From a virus (taxonomy: Duplodnaviria; Caudoviricetes): a stretch of DNA of 33,625 nt. Shown here in pieces: positions 16,184 through 27,248 of this stretch; positions within the stretch are counted from its first letter, which is position 1; every line of letters begins with the position of its first letter. The notes beneath the pieces were generated by a model. The model made no database searches and had not been told where the DNA came from. It worked only from the letters and a program-made list of their open reading frames with translations. The stretch lies in IMG/VR virus record IMGVR_UViG_3300020388_000036, positions 1-33,625 of that record, one strand, 5' to 3'. The position numbers and the translations under genes are program-made.

Positions 16184-16740
16184 TGTGTCCTCCAGCCGCC
16201 GCCATTCCATATATTAGTCTAGCTTTCACAGTTATAAGTGGTGGCTTTCAAGTATATTCTATGATGCAACAAATGAATGCTGATGATACATCAAATTCAT
16301 ATGAACAACAAATGTTAGAAGAAAGGCGTAGGCAACAAGAAGAAGAAGCCAAAGCTAGAGAATTGCAAATGCAAAAAGACTTAAATGATAGAAAAAGAGA
16401 AGCACTTAAACTACACAAATCAAACAGAGCAAGTTTGGCCGCTTCCGGCGCTGAGATAGGTTCACCAAGTTTTACTAACTTTCTTTCAGCTAATAGAGAA
16501 GCTGAAGGACGAGATCAATCTAATATTACTTTAATGGGTAGAGAGGCACAAGCACAAGCACTTATGGATGCAAGACAAACAGGTATTGCAAAAGACGCTT
16601 CGTTATCAGCTTACAAATCAAGAAGAAAAGCAAGTATATATAGTGGTGTAGCAGGATTAGTTGGTATGGGTGCTAATGTTAATTGGTCAGCGTTTGCACA
16701 AGAGGATGATGCACCACCACCGAAGAAGGAAGATACATAA
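16183..16740 (+). CDS. Internal virion/ejection protein (gp14-like)
   Basis: MC start with hydrophobic N-terminus, coiled coil and AASGAEIGS motif; follows the nozzle gene. Confidence 0.7.
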   Translation: MCPPAAAIPYISLAFTVISGGFQVYSMMQQMNADDTSNSYEQQMLEERRRQQEEEAKARELQMQKDLNDRKREALKLHKSNRASLAASGAEIGSPSFTNFLSANREAEGRDQSNITLMGREAQAQALMDARQTGIAKDASLSAYKSRRKASIYSGVAGLVGMGANVNWSAFAQEDDAPPPKKEDT

Positions 16741-19100
16741 TGGTTAAACGATCCAAGGATATGGTTTCTTATAGAGAACAAATAGGAGTAACTGCTCCTA
16801 TTGGATATCAAACAGCAATACAAAAAACACAAGAATCTGCAGTAGCTTGGGATAAAACCTTTGAAAAAATATCAGATACTTTTACAGCATTACAGAAAAA
16901 AACAGATCAAATAAGAATGAAAAACGCTGTGCAAAATGCAAAATTTGAAATGGATGAAAAACAAATAACTGATGAAAAGACAGGTGAAGTAAGAACAGTT
17001 AAAACAATGAAGCCATTTAAAGCAGATAGATTTTTTTGGCAAACAGATCAAGATGATTATGATAAAATGATTGTTGCTAAAATGAAAATGGATCTTGGTT
17101 TACAGTTTGAAAAAGAAAGTATGGCACAATTAGAACAATCGTTTAATGCCAATGAAGATGCTAATGGATATGTAAATAGAATGGCTCCAATATTTGAGTC
17201 ATATAAACAAAATTTACCTTCAAAATTCTATGATGTAATACGACCTACTCTTGAAGCACAAATGCTACAAGATCAAAAGAAAGCACAAACTAAATTTAGA
17301 CAACAAAGAGAAGAAGAAACAAGTGCTTTTGCAGAACAGTATTTTAGTAAAGCAGAACAACAATTTAAGAGAGATGTGCTAATTGATCCTAGTAGTGCTA
17401 AAGACATAGCTAATGCATCAATAGCTGAAATACCTGAAAATCTTGTTGGTAGAAGTATTACGGAAAGAGTTAAGTTTCAATCAATGATTAATGGGTTACA
17501 TAAATTCTATTCGTCAGAAGTTAGTGGTGTAAACTTACAACAGCTACTTGATCCAACTACACCAAGAAGTCAAACTAGTTTTGGCAGAAAAGAACAAGAA
17601 AGCAATTTAGTAGCTATTCGTGATTTGATTGATGGTAAAGGAGCACAGCAAATAGCATTTGGTGGTAAAGTATCAACTCTTAAACAAGAGGATTTTAATA
17701 AAGTATTAGATGGTCTTACTGAAGATGAAGTAGATGCTATTGATTCTAATCTTACCGAGCGATTAGCCAATACATCTGGCTCTAGCGAACTAAGTGAAGC
17801 TATAGCAGGTTTTTCTAATTATACTCAACAAAGACAAGCATCTACAAACTATACTGATCCATTTGTACAAAAAAAAATGACACAGGTAGCTAAAGATAGT
17901 CCTGCAGAATATTTTCAAATACTTGCACAAAGCTCAAGCAATCCATCTCGTTTAGCTAATTTAACTACATATGACCAAGCTATGAGAACACCAGAGTTTT
18001 ATGAAGCACACGGCAGACTTGGAGCAATGCCTACTGTAATAAAAGATTCTATAGAACAACTTATATTATCAGGTGATGCTGATGTAATACAAGCAATGCT
18101 TAATCCTATGGTTGCATCAGCAACACGATTATCAGGAACTATGTATAAAGGTAAGTTTATAAGAACAGATAGTTATGAAAAAATGTTTCCTAGTTTATCT
18201 GATAAAGCACATAATATTTTAGAAGGTGTAAGAGTACGATCATTAGTTAATGATAGAATAGACTTTACTACAGTAGCTACTGAATTATCTACAGCATTTG
18301 ATAAAAACATTGATGAAAGAAGTGGTAATGCTTCTGTTGTTAATAAAGCAGTTGATGATGCAATTAAGCATGTAATTGATAAAACAGGTATTATGTTTGG
18401 TGAAGATAATTTAGCAACACCATTAAGAAATACTTTAAGAATGTATTTACGAAGTTCTACCATATATGATCCAAATGTTACAACTGAACCAACTAAAGGT
18501 TTTAAACAAATGGGTATGAAGTTTTATAATACTCTTACTGAAAAAGGTATAATAGGCAAAAGTAATTTTAATTATATGGCAGGAGGTGATGCAGGAGAAA
18601 GTGGCGTTGTATTATATCCATTAGAGCGACATAAGGTAACCGATCCTAATAATCCGAATAGAATGATAAATGATCATCACGAAGCGTATATTATGAATCA
18701 AATTAGTAAATTTGAAAGATATAAAAATGTTGATAGAAATAAAATGAAACTTGGTAGAGATTTTAGAGTATATCCTGTTAATACTAAAAATATGAATTTA
18801 ACAGATGATACTGCAAATATTTCTTATTATTTATTAGAAATAAATAAAGGCACAGGTGATGCTACACCTGTATTAGAAGATGATGGCACATTTTATTTTT
18901 ACACACCAAATGATGTAAAAGAAAAACTAGATAAAGCTAGAGATCAGGATATAGAAATTGGTATGGTACTTAGTAAAGATATTACACATTATGACGCACT
19001 TAATGAAGCTAATAAACAAAGGATAAGAGAAGCAGAAAACTTTGCAGACAATTATCCAACAACATTTAATGCACTAATTCCTAATTATGGCAAGAATTAA
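16740..19100 (+). CDS. Internal virion/ejection protein (gp15-like position)
   Basis: 786 aa, helical; assigned by synteny only. Confidence 0.65.
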   Translation: MVKRSKDMVSYREQIGVTAPIGYQTAIQKTQESAVAWDKTFEKISDTFTALQKKTDQIRMKNAVQNAKFEMDEKQITDEKTGEVRTVKTMKPFKADRFFWQTDQDDYDKMIVAKMKMDLGLQFEKESMAQLEQSFNANEDANGYVNRMAPIFESYKQNLPSKFYDVIRPTLEAQMLQDQKKAQTKFRQQREEETSAFAEQYFSKAEQQFKRDVLIDPSSAKDIANASIAEIPENLVGRSITERVKFQSMINGLHKFYSSEVSGVNLQQLLDPTTPRSQTSFGRKEQESNLVAIRDLIDGKGAQQIAFGGKVSTLKQEDFNKVLDGLTEDEVDAIDSNLTERLANTSGSSELSEAIAGFSNYTQQRQASTNYTDPFVQKKMTQVAKDSPAEYFQILAQSSSNPSRLANLTTYDQAMRTPEFYEAHGRLGAMPTVIKDSIEQLILSGDADVIQAMLNPMVASATRLSGTMYKGKFIRTDSYEKMFPSLSDKAHNILEGVRVRSLVNDRIDFTTVATELSTAFDKNIDERSGNASVVNKAVDDAIKHVIDKTGIMFGEDNLATPLRNTLRMYLRSSTIYDPNVTTEPTKGFKQMGMKFYNTLTEKGIIGKSNFNYMAGGDAGESGVVLYPLERHKVTDPNNPNRMINDHHEAYIMNQISKFERYKNVDRNKMKLGRDFRVYPVNTKNMNLTDDTANISYYLLEINKGTGDATPVLEDDGTFYFYTPNDVKEKLDKARDQDIEIGMVLSKDITHYDALNEANKQRIREAENFADNYPTTFNALIPNYGKN

Positions 19101-22100
19101 TACTACATCAGTAGATAGTCTAAGTAATAATCAACAAGATTTTTTACGAGCATATAACTATGCACAGCTTAGACGAGTGCCTGTTATGGCTAAAGAAAAT
19201 AAGTATGTTCCTAACAATTCTTTCTTTGATGATGTTATGGATCATTATAGTTTGTCTTGGCTTAATCAATGGGCAGAAAGTACATCACCTATAGACCAAC
19301 AAGTAAGTGATGAATACGATCCTAATTATGATGTATTTGCTGACAACTTTGAGCCTTACCTACCTTATATGAAAGAATTTATTGGTATTAAAAATAAAGA
19401 ACAAGCTGATTTTTTAAAACAAAAAATAGATAGAAACAATGCTAGACGAGATAGATTAGAGCAAGCAGGCAGAATACTACCGGGATTTGCGGCGGCGTTT
19501 CTTGATCCAACTACATACATACCTATACCTATGGTAGGAGGATTAGGATTTGTTAAAGGTGCAGTACGAGGTGGTGTAGGTGTTGGTGGTATAACAGCAT
19601 TAACAGAACCTATACGACACAATTTAGATCCAACTTCTACATTTGAAGAAACAACAGCAATGATTGGATTGAGTGCACTTGCAGGTGGTTTTATCGGAGG
19701 AGTAGCAGGCTCACTTACAGCTAACTTAGGTAGCAAAACTTTAAAGAGTGCATTGCCTAAAGGTACAAAAAAAACATTAGATGACTACGACAAAGAGTTA
19801 TCTGAAAACGAAGGTATCAAAGATTATAATCAAGAAGAATTTTATATAAATCCAAAAAAAAATTTTGAAGATGTAACTATAAAATCAAAGCGAGGTAAAG
19901 AAGCTAGAGAGCCAGAACCTATTAAAGATGCAATAGATGCAATAGAATATCTTGATCCTAAAGGTTATAAGAGTCTTAGAATTATTGATGGTTATACAGG
20001 TAGGCACGATAAAAATGGTAAATATAAGAAAGCATTTTATCAAAGAAAAAATAATACAATACGAATAGATAGAGAAGCTATAAAACGAACATTCATAGAT
20101 TTGCCGTGGACTAAACCTACAGTAAAAGGTGTTGAAGCATTACCAAGAGATACATTTAATAATGCAGACGAATGGGCAGATTTTGTTATGTTGCACGAAT
20201 ATTCACATAGTAAAATAAAACAAAAACCCGGACAGAGCATAGCAGATTATGAAAATGCAATTAATCGTAATGCTATGGAAATACTTGGTAAAATTAAAAA
20301 ATTTAATAAAGGTGATGCTATTCGCATAAAATCAGTAAGTGGTATGAAAAGATTTAAAGCACTACCGGGAGAGTCTGTACCACAGCTAAGAGGAAGAATG
20401 CAACAACAACGAGAAATAGTAGATCAAACATTTACACAAACAGGTGTACAACAAGCTATAGAAGAAACAGAAACAGCAGGTGTTCGTAGTAATGTAGATG
20501 ATGTTGTGGCTAGATATAATAATCTTACTAATGAAGTAGAATTAGATATAGTAAAAGCAAAAGCACAGTTTGAACAAAAAAAACATTTAGAACAACTAAG
20601 ACAGGTTGGAGTAACACCACCTGCAAATTTATTTAGAACAGCAGATGATTGGGTAAATTACACAGTAAGACGAGCAATATTTGCAAGTGAAATTATGCCT
20701 AAGACACTTAAAGAATTTAAAGATATGCCTGTAAGTGAATATCTAAGCACTCTTAACAAAAGAGTAATTGATGACATTGTAAAAGACAATGTGTCTAAAG
20801 GTGCAGAAACTAGTGGTATTAAATATTTAAGAATATTAGAAGAAGTACAAAACCTTGGAGGCGTAGTTAATGCTGTAGGTAGAAATGTTAAAAACAAAAA
20901 ATTAAGAGAAAGGGTAGCACGAGATATGCTTGAACTATTAGGCGATCACGGAGTTATGACTAAAATGAATAGGGAAGGTTATTCTGCTACACCTGATTCT
21001 GTATTATTGCGAACATTTACTCAATACCAACCAAAACTTAGAGATGCTATATTTGAAATGGAAGATGCTTATTTTGGATATCACGGAATTGCTTCTGATA
21101 AAACAGGTGGACAAAGAACTATTGCTAGAGGTGTATTAGCTACACAACAATTTGGCTCAAAGGTTAAAAATGCTTTTAATAAAACAAAACAAGGTGAAGT
21201 ACCACCAGATGTAACGCTTAGAGATTATTATAGTATGGTTGGTAGATACATAATGGATGAAGATGTATTACAAGAAACACAAGATATTGCATTGCAGGAA
21301 GCTATAAAAAAAGGATCAATACCATTTAATAGATTAATGAAAGAATTTAATGATGTAGCAAGTAGTTTGCAAATGTTTAAATCTCAAAAGAGTTTTCAAA
21401 TAATGACAAAAAGGGCAGAACTTACTTTAGCTAAAGCATTAGATATGCAAAGAACAGGTAAGTTTACGGGTGAACAAGCAGAAGCACTTGCTAAAAAAAT
21501 ACAAAGCAAAAGAGAATTTTTAAAATTACAACAAGCTGAAATAGATGTTGTAGCTAACGACTCCTTAACAGCAGGAAAAGAAAAATATTTTACTAGATAT
21601 TTTAGACACGACAAATTAGTAGAAAATGCAGATGAGTTTAAAGCAATATTAAGACGACATTTTGAAACAACATTACCACAAAAAATAACTGATCCTAAAT
21701 ATCTAAAGCGTAGAAAACTAGCAGAAAAAAGAAATAAACTTACGGCTAAAGAAAAAATACCTGACGATCTAACAAATAGAGAAAAAATATTAGATGCAGA
21801 AGTAGAATATCATTACAACCAAATCTTAGAAGGACATTCAAGATGGGGTGATATAGAAGGAATACACGGATATGGTATTGATGTTGATGGTCAATACAAA
21901 GTAGGAGCAAGACAATTACTACAAAGAGAACTTGATATTCCTAACAAAGAACTAAAAGATTTTATAGAACAAGATGCAGAAATTGTTATGCGACAATATG
22001 TACAAAGAATGGCACCTGCTTTAGAATTGCATAAAAAATTTGGTGATGTACATTTAACAGAATATTTAGATAATCTTGAATTAGATTTAATAGCAGATAA

Positions 22101-23523
22101 TGTACCACAAACAGCAAGACAAAAAATAATTAATGGCTTTAGAGATGGAAAAGATAATTTATTAGGTACGCTTTATTCTGATGATCCAACAACATTAAGC
22201 GTACAAATAGCTAATAGTATTCGTAATCTTGCAAGTTTAGCATTTATGGGAAAAGTTACAATAAGTGCCTTGCCTGAGATAGCTAGACCATTAATGGTAA
22301 ATGGTTTTCATAGAACATATAAAGATGTAATTGGTGCTTATGTAGGAGGTTTAGAAACTATTGGTAAACATTCTAATATTAATGAGTTAGACCAACTTGT
22401 ACCTATACTTGAAGGTGAACTCTCTAGTGCTTCTTCTCGTTTTGTCTTTGACTCTACAGCGCAACAATCAAAAAATTTTGGTGGATATTTTAATAAAGCT
22501 GTTGGTCAATGGCTTGAACGCCCACAACAAGCATTTTATCAAGCTAACATTCTTACTCCATATACAAGAGGAATTAAAAGAATTGTACGCCGTATGAGTA
22601 TGCATAGATTTGTAGAAGATAGTGCAAAACTTGTAGCAGGTAAACTAGATGAAACAGGCATTGCCCGTCTTGCATCATATGGTATTGATAAAAATGTAGC
22701 TGAAGTATTTAGTCGTATGCCAATAGAAAAAAGTAAAGGAACATACTATTTAAATTCTATGGCGTGGGATGCATTGCCCGGTGGTAAAATGGCAAGACGA
22801 AAATTACAAAGTGCAATATATGCAGATATGAATAGAACTATTGTAACGCCTAGTGCCGCTGATCAAGTGAATATGATGCACGGAGTAATCAGAATTAATG
22901 ATGAAGGAATTGCTGAACTGATGGACAATCCATTATTCAAAGCAATGGGATTCCAAAAAACAGATATGGGTGGTAAAATAAATAATGCTTGGCTTGGTTT
23001 ATTATTACAGTTTTATTCTTGGGGAATAAGTGCAAATCGTAAAGTGTTAATAGGTTTAGCACAAGGAAGAGATGGCAAAATGGGACAAGCTATGGCAGGT
23101 GTATCTAGTGCTATAGCATTAGGTATGATGGCAGATTGGGCAAAAAATCCTAGATATTATGAAAACAAAGATTTAGGAGAAAAGATTATAAGAGGTGTAG
23201 AATTGTCTGGTACAACAGCATTATTAGGTGATGCTAACTTTATGTTAGAAACTACAAGTGGTGGATTTTTTGGAGAATCAATAGGTGCAAGACCATTGTT
23301 AGGATTAGATCAACGCTTTGGAGATGCTGATGGAGATGATGCAGTTAAAGAAATAATAGGTAGTGGCCCAAGTATGCTATTTGATGTAATAAGTGCATTT
23401 TCTAACGACACCTTGTCAGATGTTGAAAAAAAGACTATGTTAAGAAAGTTGATACCTTTAAATAATTTTTGGTTATGGGATCAAGCATTTAGAGATTTAT
23501 ATAATGATGTGGTAATAGAATGA
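19087..23523 (+). CDS. Large internal virion/ejection protein (gp16-like position) with HExxH-containing insert
   Basis: 1478 aa; Gly-rich hydrophobic N-terminal segments (DPTTYIP...GGFIGGVAG); internal MLHEYSH motif. Confidence 0.75.
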   Translation: MARINTTSVDSLSNNQQDFLRAYNYAQLRRVPVMAKENKYVPNNSFFDDVMDHYSLSWLNQWAESTSPIDQQVSDEYDPNYDVFADNFEPYLPYMKEFIGIKNKEQADFLKQKIDRNNARRDRLEQAGRILPGFAAAFLDPTTYIPIPMVGGLGFVKGAVRGGVGVGGITALTEPIRHNLDPTSTFEETTAMIGLSALAGGFIGGVAGSLTANLGSKTLKSALPKGTKKTLDDYDKELSENEGIKDYNQEEFYINPKKNFEDVTIKSKRGKEAREPEPIKDAIDAIEYLDPKGYKSLRIIDGYTGRHDKNGKYKKAFYQRKNNTIRIDREAIKRTFIDLPWTKPTVKGVEALPRDTFNNADEWADFVMLHEYSHSKIKQKPGQSIADYENAINRNAMEILGKIKKFNKGDAIRIKSVSGMKRFKALPGESVPQLRGRMQQQREIVDQTFTQTGVQQAIEETETAGVRSNVDDVVARYNNLTNEVELDIVKAKAQFEQKKHLEQLRQVGVTPPANLFRTADDWVNYTVRRAIFASEIMPKTLKEFKDMPVSEYLSTLNKRVIDDIVKDNVSKGAETSGIKYLRILEEVQNLGGVVNAVGRNVKNKKLRERVARDMLELLGDHGVMTKMNREGYSATPDSVLLRTFTQYQPKLRDAIFEMEDAYFGYHGIASDKTGGQRTIARGVLATQQFGSKVKNAFNKTKQGEVPPDVTLRDYYSMVGRYIMDEDVLQETQDIALQEAIKKGSIPFNRLMKEFNDVASSLQMFKSQKSFQIMTKRAELTLAKALDMQRTGKFTGEQAEALAKKIQSKREFLKLQQAEIDVVANDSLTAGKEKYFTRYFRHDKLVENADEFKAILRRHFETTLPQKITDPKYLKRRKLAEKRNKLTAKEKIPDDLTNREKILDAEVEYHYNQILEGHSRWGDIEGIHGYGIDVDGQYKVGARQLLQRELDIPNKELKDFIEQDAEIVMRQYVQRMAPALELHKKFGDVHLTEYLDNLELDLIADNVPQTARQKIINGFRDGKDNLLGTLYSDDPTTLSVQIANSIRNLASLAFMGKVTISALPEIARPLMVNGFHRTYKDVIGAYVGGLETIGKHSNINELDQLVPILEGELSSASSRFVFDSTAQQSKNFGGYFNKAVGQWLERPQQAFYQANILTPYTRGIKRIVRRMSMHRFVEDSAKLVAGKLDETGIARLASYGIDKNVAEVFSRMPIEKSKGTYYLNSMAWDALPGGKMARRKLQSAIYADMNRTIVTPSAADQVNMMHGVIRINDEGIAELMDNPLFKAMGFQKTDMGGKINNAWLGLLLQFYSWGISANRKVLIGLAQGRDGKMGQAMAGVSSAIALGMMADWAKNPRYYENKDLGEKIIRGVELSGTTALLGDANFMLETTSGGFFGESIGARPLLGLDQRFGDADGDDAVKEIIGSGPSMLFDVISAFSNDTLSDVEKKTMLRKLIPLNNFWLWDQAFRDLYNDVVIE

Positions 23524-24497
23524 CAATATCAAGTGCAAATAATACTCCAAGAGTAATTTACACAGCTACGGCAAGTCAAACAGTTTTTACAATACCATTT
23601 GAGTTTTTTGCTGTAACTGATGTTAAAGTATATGTTGGTTCTACTTTAGCTACATACAGTACAAACCCGACAACAACTACTCAATTCAGTATTCAAGCAA
23701 CAACATCTGCATCAGATAGTGCTTATGAATATGGTTCAGGTGGTACACTTACATTTGGATCTGGACAAACTGCAGGTACAGTAATTACTGTATTAAGAAG
23801 AATAACAATAGAAAGAACAGTAGATTTTCCTACAAGTTCTAGTTTAGATATAACAAGTCTTAATACTGAACAAGATCAAGGTATTGCTATCTTTGGTGAT
23901 CTTAATGATAAAATATCAAGAAGCATTACACAAAATGATTATGATGAAAGTGCAACACTTACATTACCTGCTAAAACAGATAGAGCAAGTAAAACTCTAG
24001 CGTTTGATTCAAGTGGTAATGTTATTGCTCAATCTGCTCAAGGGGTACAAACAGTAAATGTGGCTACAGGTGATGCAGGTACAAGTGCAACTTCAACATA
24101 TGATGCTACTACAGGAGTTCTAGATTTAACAATACCTAGAGGTTCTGATGGTACACAAGGCCCTGCAGGTGCAGACGGATCAGATGGTATTTTCTTATCT
24201 ATAGCTAGTCAATCTGAAGCACAAACAGGTACAGAAAACACGAAAGGTATGACACCTCTTCGTACAAAAGAAGCAATTAATGCACAGGTTGGTGCAATTT
24301 CTACTATAGCTAGTAAGTTTTTTGGTCTTAAAAAAACAGTAGATGGCACAGGTAGAACTATAGCAACACAAGAGCATACATTAGTGGGAGGATCAGAGAA
24401 TCTAACACTTTCTGATTATGATACATATTTCTTCGCAACAGGCTCAATTTTTATGAGTATTGACACTAGTGGACATTTGCTAATAAATATGCCATAA
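23520..24497 (+). CDS. Tail fibre/adaptor protein with T7 gp17-like N-terminal domain
   Basis: YTATASQTVFTIPFEF...DVKVY N-terminus, short G-X-Y stretch, IASQSEAQTG...MTPLR fibre motif. Confidence 0.85.
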   Translation: MTISSANNTPRVIYTATASQTVFTIPFEFFAVTDVKVYVGSTLATYSTNPTTTTQFSIQATTSASDSAYEYGSGGTLTFGSGQTAGTVITVLRRITIERTVDFPTSSSLDITSLNTEQDQGIAIFGDLNDKISRSITQNDYDESATLTLPAKTDRASKTLAFDSSGNVIAQSAQGVQTVNVATGDAGTSATSTYDATTGVLDLTIPRGSDGTQGPAGADGSDGIFLSIASQSEAQTGTENTKGMTPLRTKEAINAQVGAISTIASKFFGLKKTVDGTGRTIATQEHTLVGGSENLTLSDYDTYFFATGSIFMSIDTSGHLLINMP

Positions 24498-24510
24498 AGG
24501 AGGTAGAAAA

Positions 24511-26583
24511 ATGGCAACAGTTGATTTAGGAAAAATAAAGTTTACTTGGAGAGGTGCATTCTCTACGAGTAATACATACGAAGCAGATGATGTAGTGTCG
24601 CATTCTGGCTCCTCTTGGGTGTATGTAAATACTACATCTAAGACAGGAACAAATGCAGGAGCACCTTCCTCAACTAATACTACACATTGGAATGTAATGG
24701 CACAGGGTACAGGTACATTAACTACATCTGGTGATTTGCTTACACATAACGGATCGGTTGAACAACGAGTACCTATAGGTTCAACAGGACAGATTTTAAA
24801 AGCTAGTGGAACATCAATTACTTGGTCAAACTCTGATGCTTTTTATCAAGTAGATGTTTTAGGCAGTAATGTTCCTTTATATGCTAATACATTTAAAGCT
24901 ACTACTGATACAGGCACAGATGGTAAAAGACCTTGGTTAGCAGAATACAATGGTAAATCAGGTGCAAGTGCAGATTGGATTCCTTATGATGGTATGCCAA
25001 ACCCTGAATGTGGCCCTGTAAAAAGAGCAAGAGACGATATGCATAATGTCTATGCTTCACTATGTTATCTAAATGGTAATTATGAACCTGTTATGAGAGG
25101 GTATAACTATTTAAGTGCCGCACCTTTACCCAATGTGGCGGCTGATAATGTTGTACTAAAAAGTAAAATGTCTATGGAATTTGGTGGATTGAAGAGTGGA
25201 GAATACTTTGTTCGTCTGTGGAACAAAGGTGGTTCTTCTTGGGCATTAACAAACAAAGGTAATATGTTTGTTACAGGAGAGAATGGTAGTGGTGAATTAG
25301 GATTAGGAGATACAGTAGATAGATACCAATGGGTTAAGAATCCATATTTTGGGCCAGATGCAACTAACAATAGTGTTACTTGTGAAATTGCTTGTATAGT
25401 ACCAAATTGGTTCGGAGGTTATCAATGGACTACAAATATAAGAGTATTTGTTATTTTACACGATGGCAGAGTTATGGCTTTTGGTCATAATGCTCAAGGA
25501 CAATTAGGAGATGGTACAACTAATGCAAGGTCTGTACCTACTGTAATCACAGGTATATCAAATGTTAAAATGATATCTGCAGGAATGTATTGTACTTGGG
25601 TTGTAGATAATAGTGGTAATTTATTTCATTGTGGTAGTGATACTAATGGTGTAGGTGGTGGTACTGCTCGTCAATCTTTTGCACAACTTTCAGGAGTAAG
25701 CAATGTTGAACAAGCTGAATTGCATTGTATGGGATATTATTCTTCTGCTGTATCAGCACAAGGCTATGTTATACAAGCAAATGGTGATTTATTTTCCATT
25801 GGTTATAATACTAATGGTCAATTAGGTATTGGTAATACAACTGATCAATCAGCGTTTCAACAAGTTGGAGGATCTGAAAACTTTAGTGCTGTAAATATTA
25901 CAGGTAATCCATCAACATCTTCTGCTGTGCTTTGGTTAGGTAATTCAGATGCAAGCAATGCAAATACAACAGATGGGCCGGGTGATATGTATCAACTTAC
26001 TATTGCTACAAATACAGGTAATGGATTTAGAATGGTTGGATATAACGGCAACGGTGCTCAATTACAAGGAAATACAACAGCTACTACAGGTGTTAATATA
26101 CCTTCTACTGCTACATTTAATACTTATCAACACTATACAGTTAACTCAAGTGCTGATGGTACAATTAGTAAAACTGCATTAGTATTCCCATCAACAACAA
26201 TGAAGGCTTGTTTTCCAATGAGAACAAGTGGTTATAATTCACCGGGGTGGTATGGTTTAGATACACAAGGTCGTTTATGGTTATGGGGATATCATTCTAC
26301 TGCACACCCATATCAAGCTACAACAAGTGCTACAAGTTATTATGGTGCATTTTTATATCCTTCGCCTTGGAATCATACAGAATCATCAGGTTCTAGCTAT
26401 ATAGGTAATACAGATATTGCAATAGAAGATTTTATATCAATGGGACATTATTATAGTGGTTATTGGTCGCATTATATTCGTGCATCTGATGGAACAATAT
26501 ATGGCTATGGTAATAACTATTATTACAATTTAGGATCAACTGTTAATACTAATTATTATGGTTGGCATAGACTTAGACCATAG
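24511..26583 (+). CDS. Tail spike / receptor-binding protein with RCC1-like repeats
   Basis: Repeats GENGSGELGLG, GHNAQGQLGDG, GYNTNGQLGIG; N-terminal DLGKIKFTWRGAF...YEADDVV module; AGGAGG RBS. Confidence 0.85.
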   Translation: MATVDLGKIKFTWRGAFSTSNTYEADDVVSHSGSSWVYVNTTSKTGTNAGAPSSTNTTHWNVMAQGTGTLTTSGDLLTHNGSVEQRVPIGSTGQILKASGTSITWSNSDAFYQVDVLGSNVPLYANTFKATTDTGTDGKRPWLAEYNGKSGASADWIPYDGMPNPECGPVKRARDDMHNVYASLCYLNGNYEPVMRGYNYLSAAPLPNVAADNVVLKSKMSMEFGGLKSGEYFVRLWNKGGSSWALTNKGNMFVTGENGSGELGLGDTVDRYQWVKNPYFGPDATNNSVTCEIACIVPNWFGGYQWTTNIRVFVILHDGRVMAFGHNAQGQLGDGTTNARSVPTVITGISNVKMISAGMYCTWVVDNSGNLFHCGSDTNGVGGGTARQSFAQLSGVSNVEQAELHCMGYYSSAVSAQGYVIQANGDLFSIGYNTNGQLGIGNTTDQSAFQQVGGSENFSAVNITGNPSTSSAVLWLGNSDASNANTTDGPGDMYQLTIATNTGNGFRMVGYNGNGAQLQGNTTATTGVNIPSTATFNTYQHYTVNSSADGTISKTALVFPSTTMKACFPMRTSGYNSPGWYGLDTQGRLWLWGYHSTAHPYQATTSATSYYGAFLYPSPWNHTESSGSSYIGNTDIAIEDFISMGHYYSGYWSHYIRASDGTIYGYGNNYYYNLGSTVNTNYYGWHRLRP

Positions 26584-26592
26584 GAGAATGTT

Positions 26593-26892
26593 ATGAAATT
26601 ATATCACACAACAGAAAAAATGACTGATGTCAAACACCCTGAATCAATGAAAGCATCTGAAGATTGGACAGATAAACAAACAGATAATTCTTGGCATCAA
26701 AAACAAATTTGGTGGTGGGGCGAAATAGATGGAAAGACTTATGTATCTTTGTCAGATGGATATAAAACTAGCTACAATGATGTTAATGAAACTGACTTTA
26801 CCAAGTCCAATGCTACCGGAGTCAAAGCTGTAAAAGCAAAATGGACTAACATTACTGAAGATCAACAAGCATATTTTCTGGACATCTCATAA
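26593..26892 (+). CDS. Hypothetical protein (possible spike-associated factor)
   Basis: AGGAG RBS; immediately follows the spike gene. Confidence 0.7.
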   Translation: MKLYHTTEKMTDVKHPESMKASEDWTDKQTDNSWHQKQIWWWGEIDGKTYVSLSDGYKTSYNDVNETDFTKSNATGVKAVKAKWTNITEDQQAYFLDIS

Positions 26893-27099
26893 ATGGACAC
26901 TCGTTCTCTCAAAGCAATAGCTTCTGAAATGGAAGCTCACGAGCGTGAATGTGTTGTGTATAGAGATATGACAAAGAGTGCAATTAAAGGATTAGAATAT
27001 CGTATTAAAAGGCTTGAACTATTGATCTGGGGTTCATCAGCTACTATTATAGGAGTAATGGTAACTGTTATAGTGAGTCTACTACAATGGAAGATATAA
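26893..27099 (+). CDS. Coiled-coil protein with C-terminal transmembrane helix
   Basis: HERECVVY...IKRLELLIW followed by a hydrophobic tail. Confidence 0.75.
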   Translation: MDTRSLKAIASEMEAHERECVVYRDMTKSAIKGLEYRIKRLELLIWGSSATIIGVMVTVIVSLLQWKI

Positions 27100-27248
27100 A
27101 ATTAACTTACAAAGTTATTCGTAATAAAAAGAAATCCTTTACTGTTCTTATTATAGCTAATTATTTTGAATCAAAGGAAGATGCTATTGAGTTTATAGAA
27201 GCGTCGTGCTTTGAGAATGATGACTTTGTTTATCAAAGGTTGCATTAA
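27087..27248 (+). CDS. Hypothetical protein, 53 aa (not in ORF track)
   Basis: MEDIKLTYKVIRNKKKSFTVLIIANYFESKEDAIEFIEASCFENDDFVYQRLH*; fills the gap; TAATG coupling to 27248. Confidence 0.65.
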   Translation: MEDIKLTYKVIRNKKKSFTVLIIANYFESKEDAIEFIEASCFENDDFVYQRLH

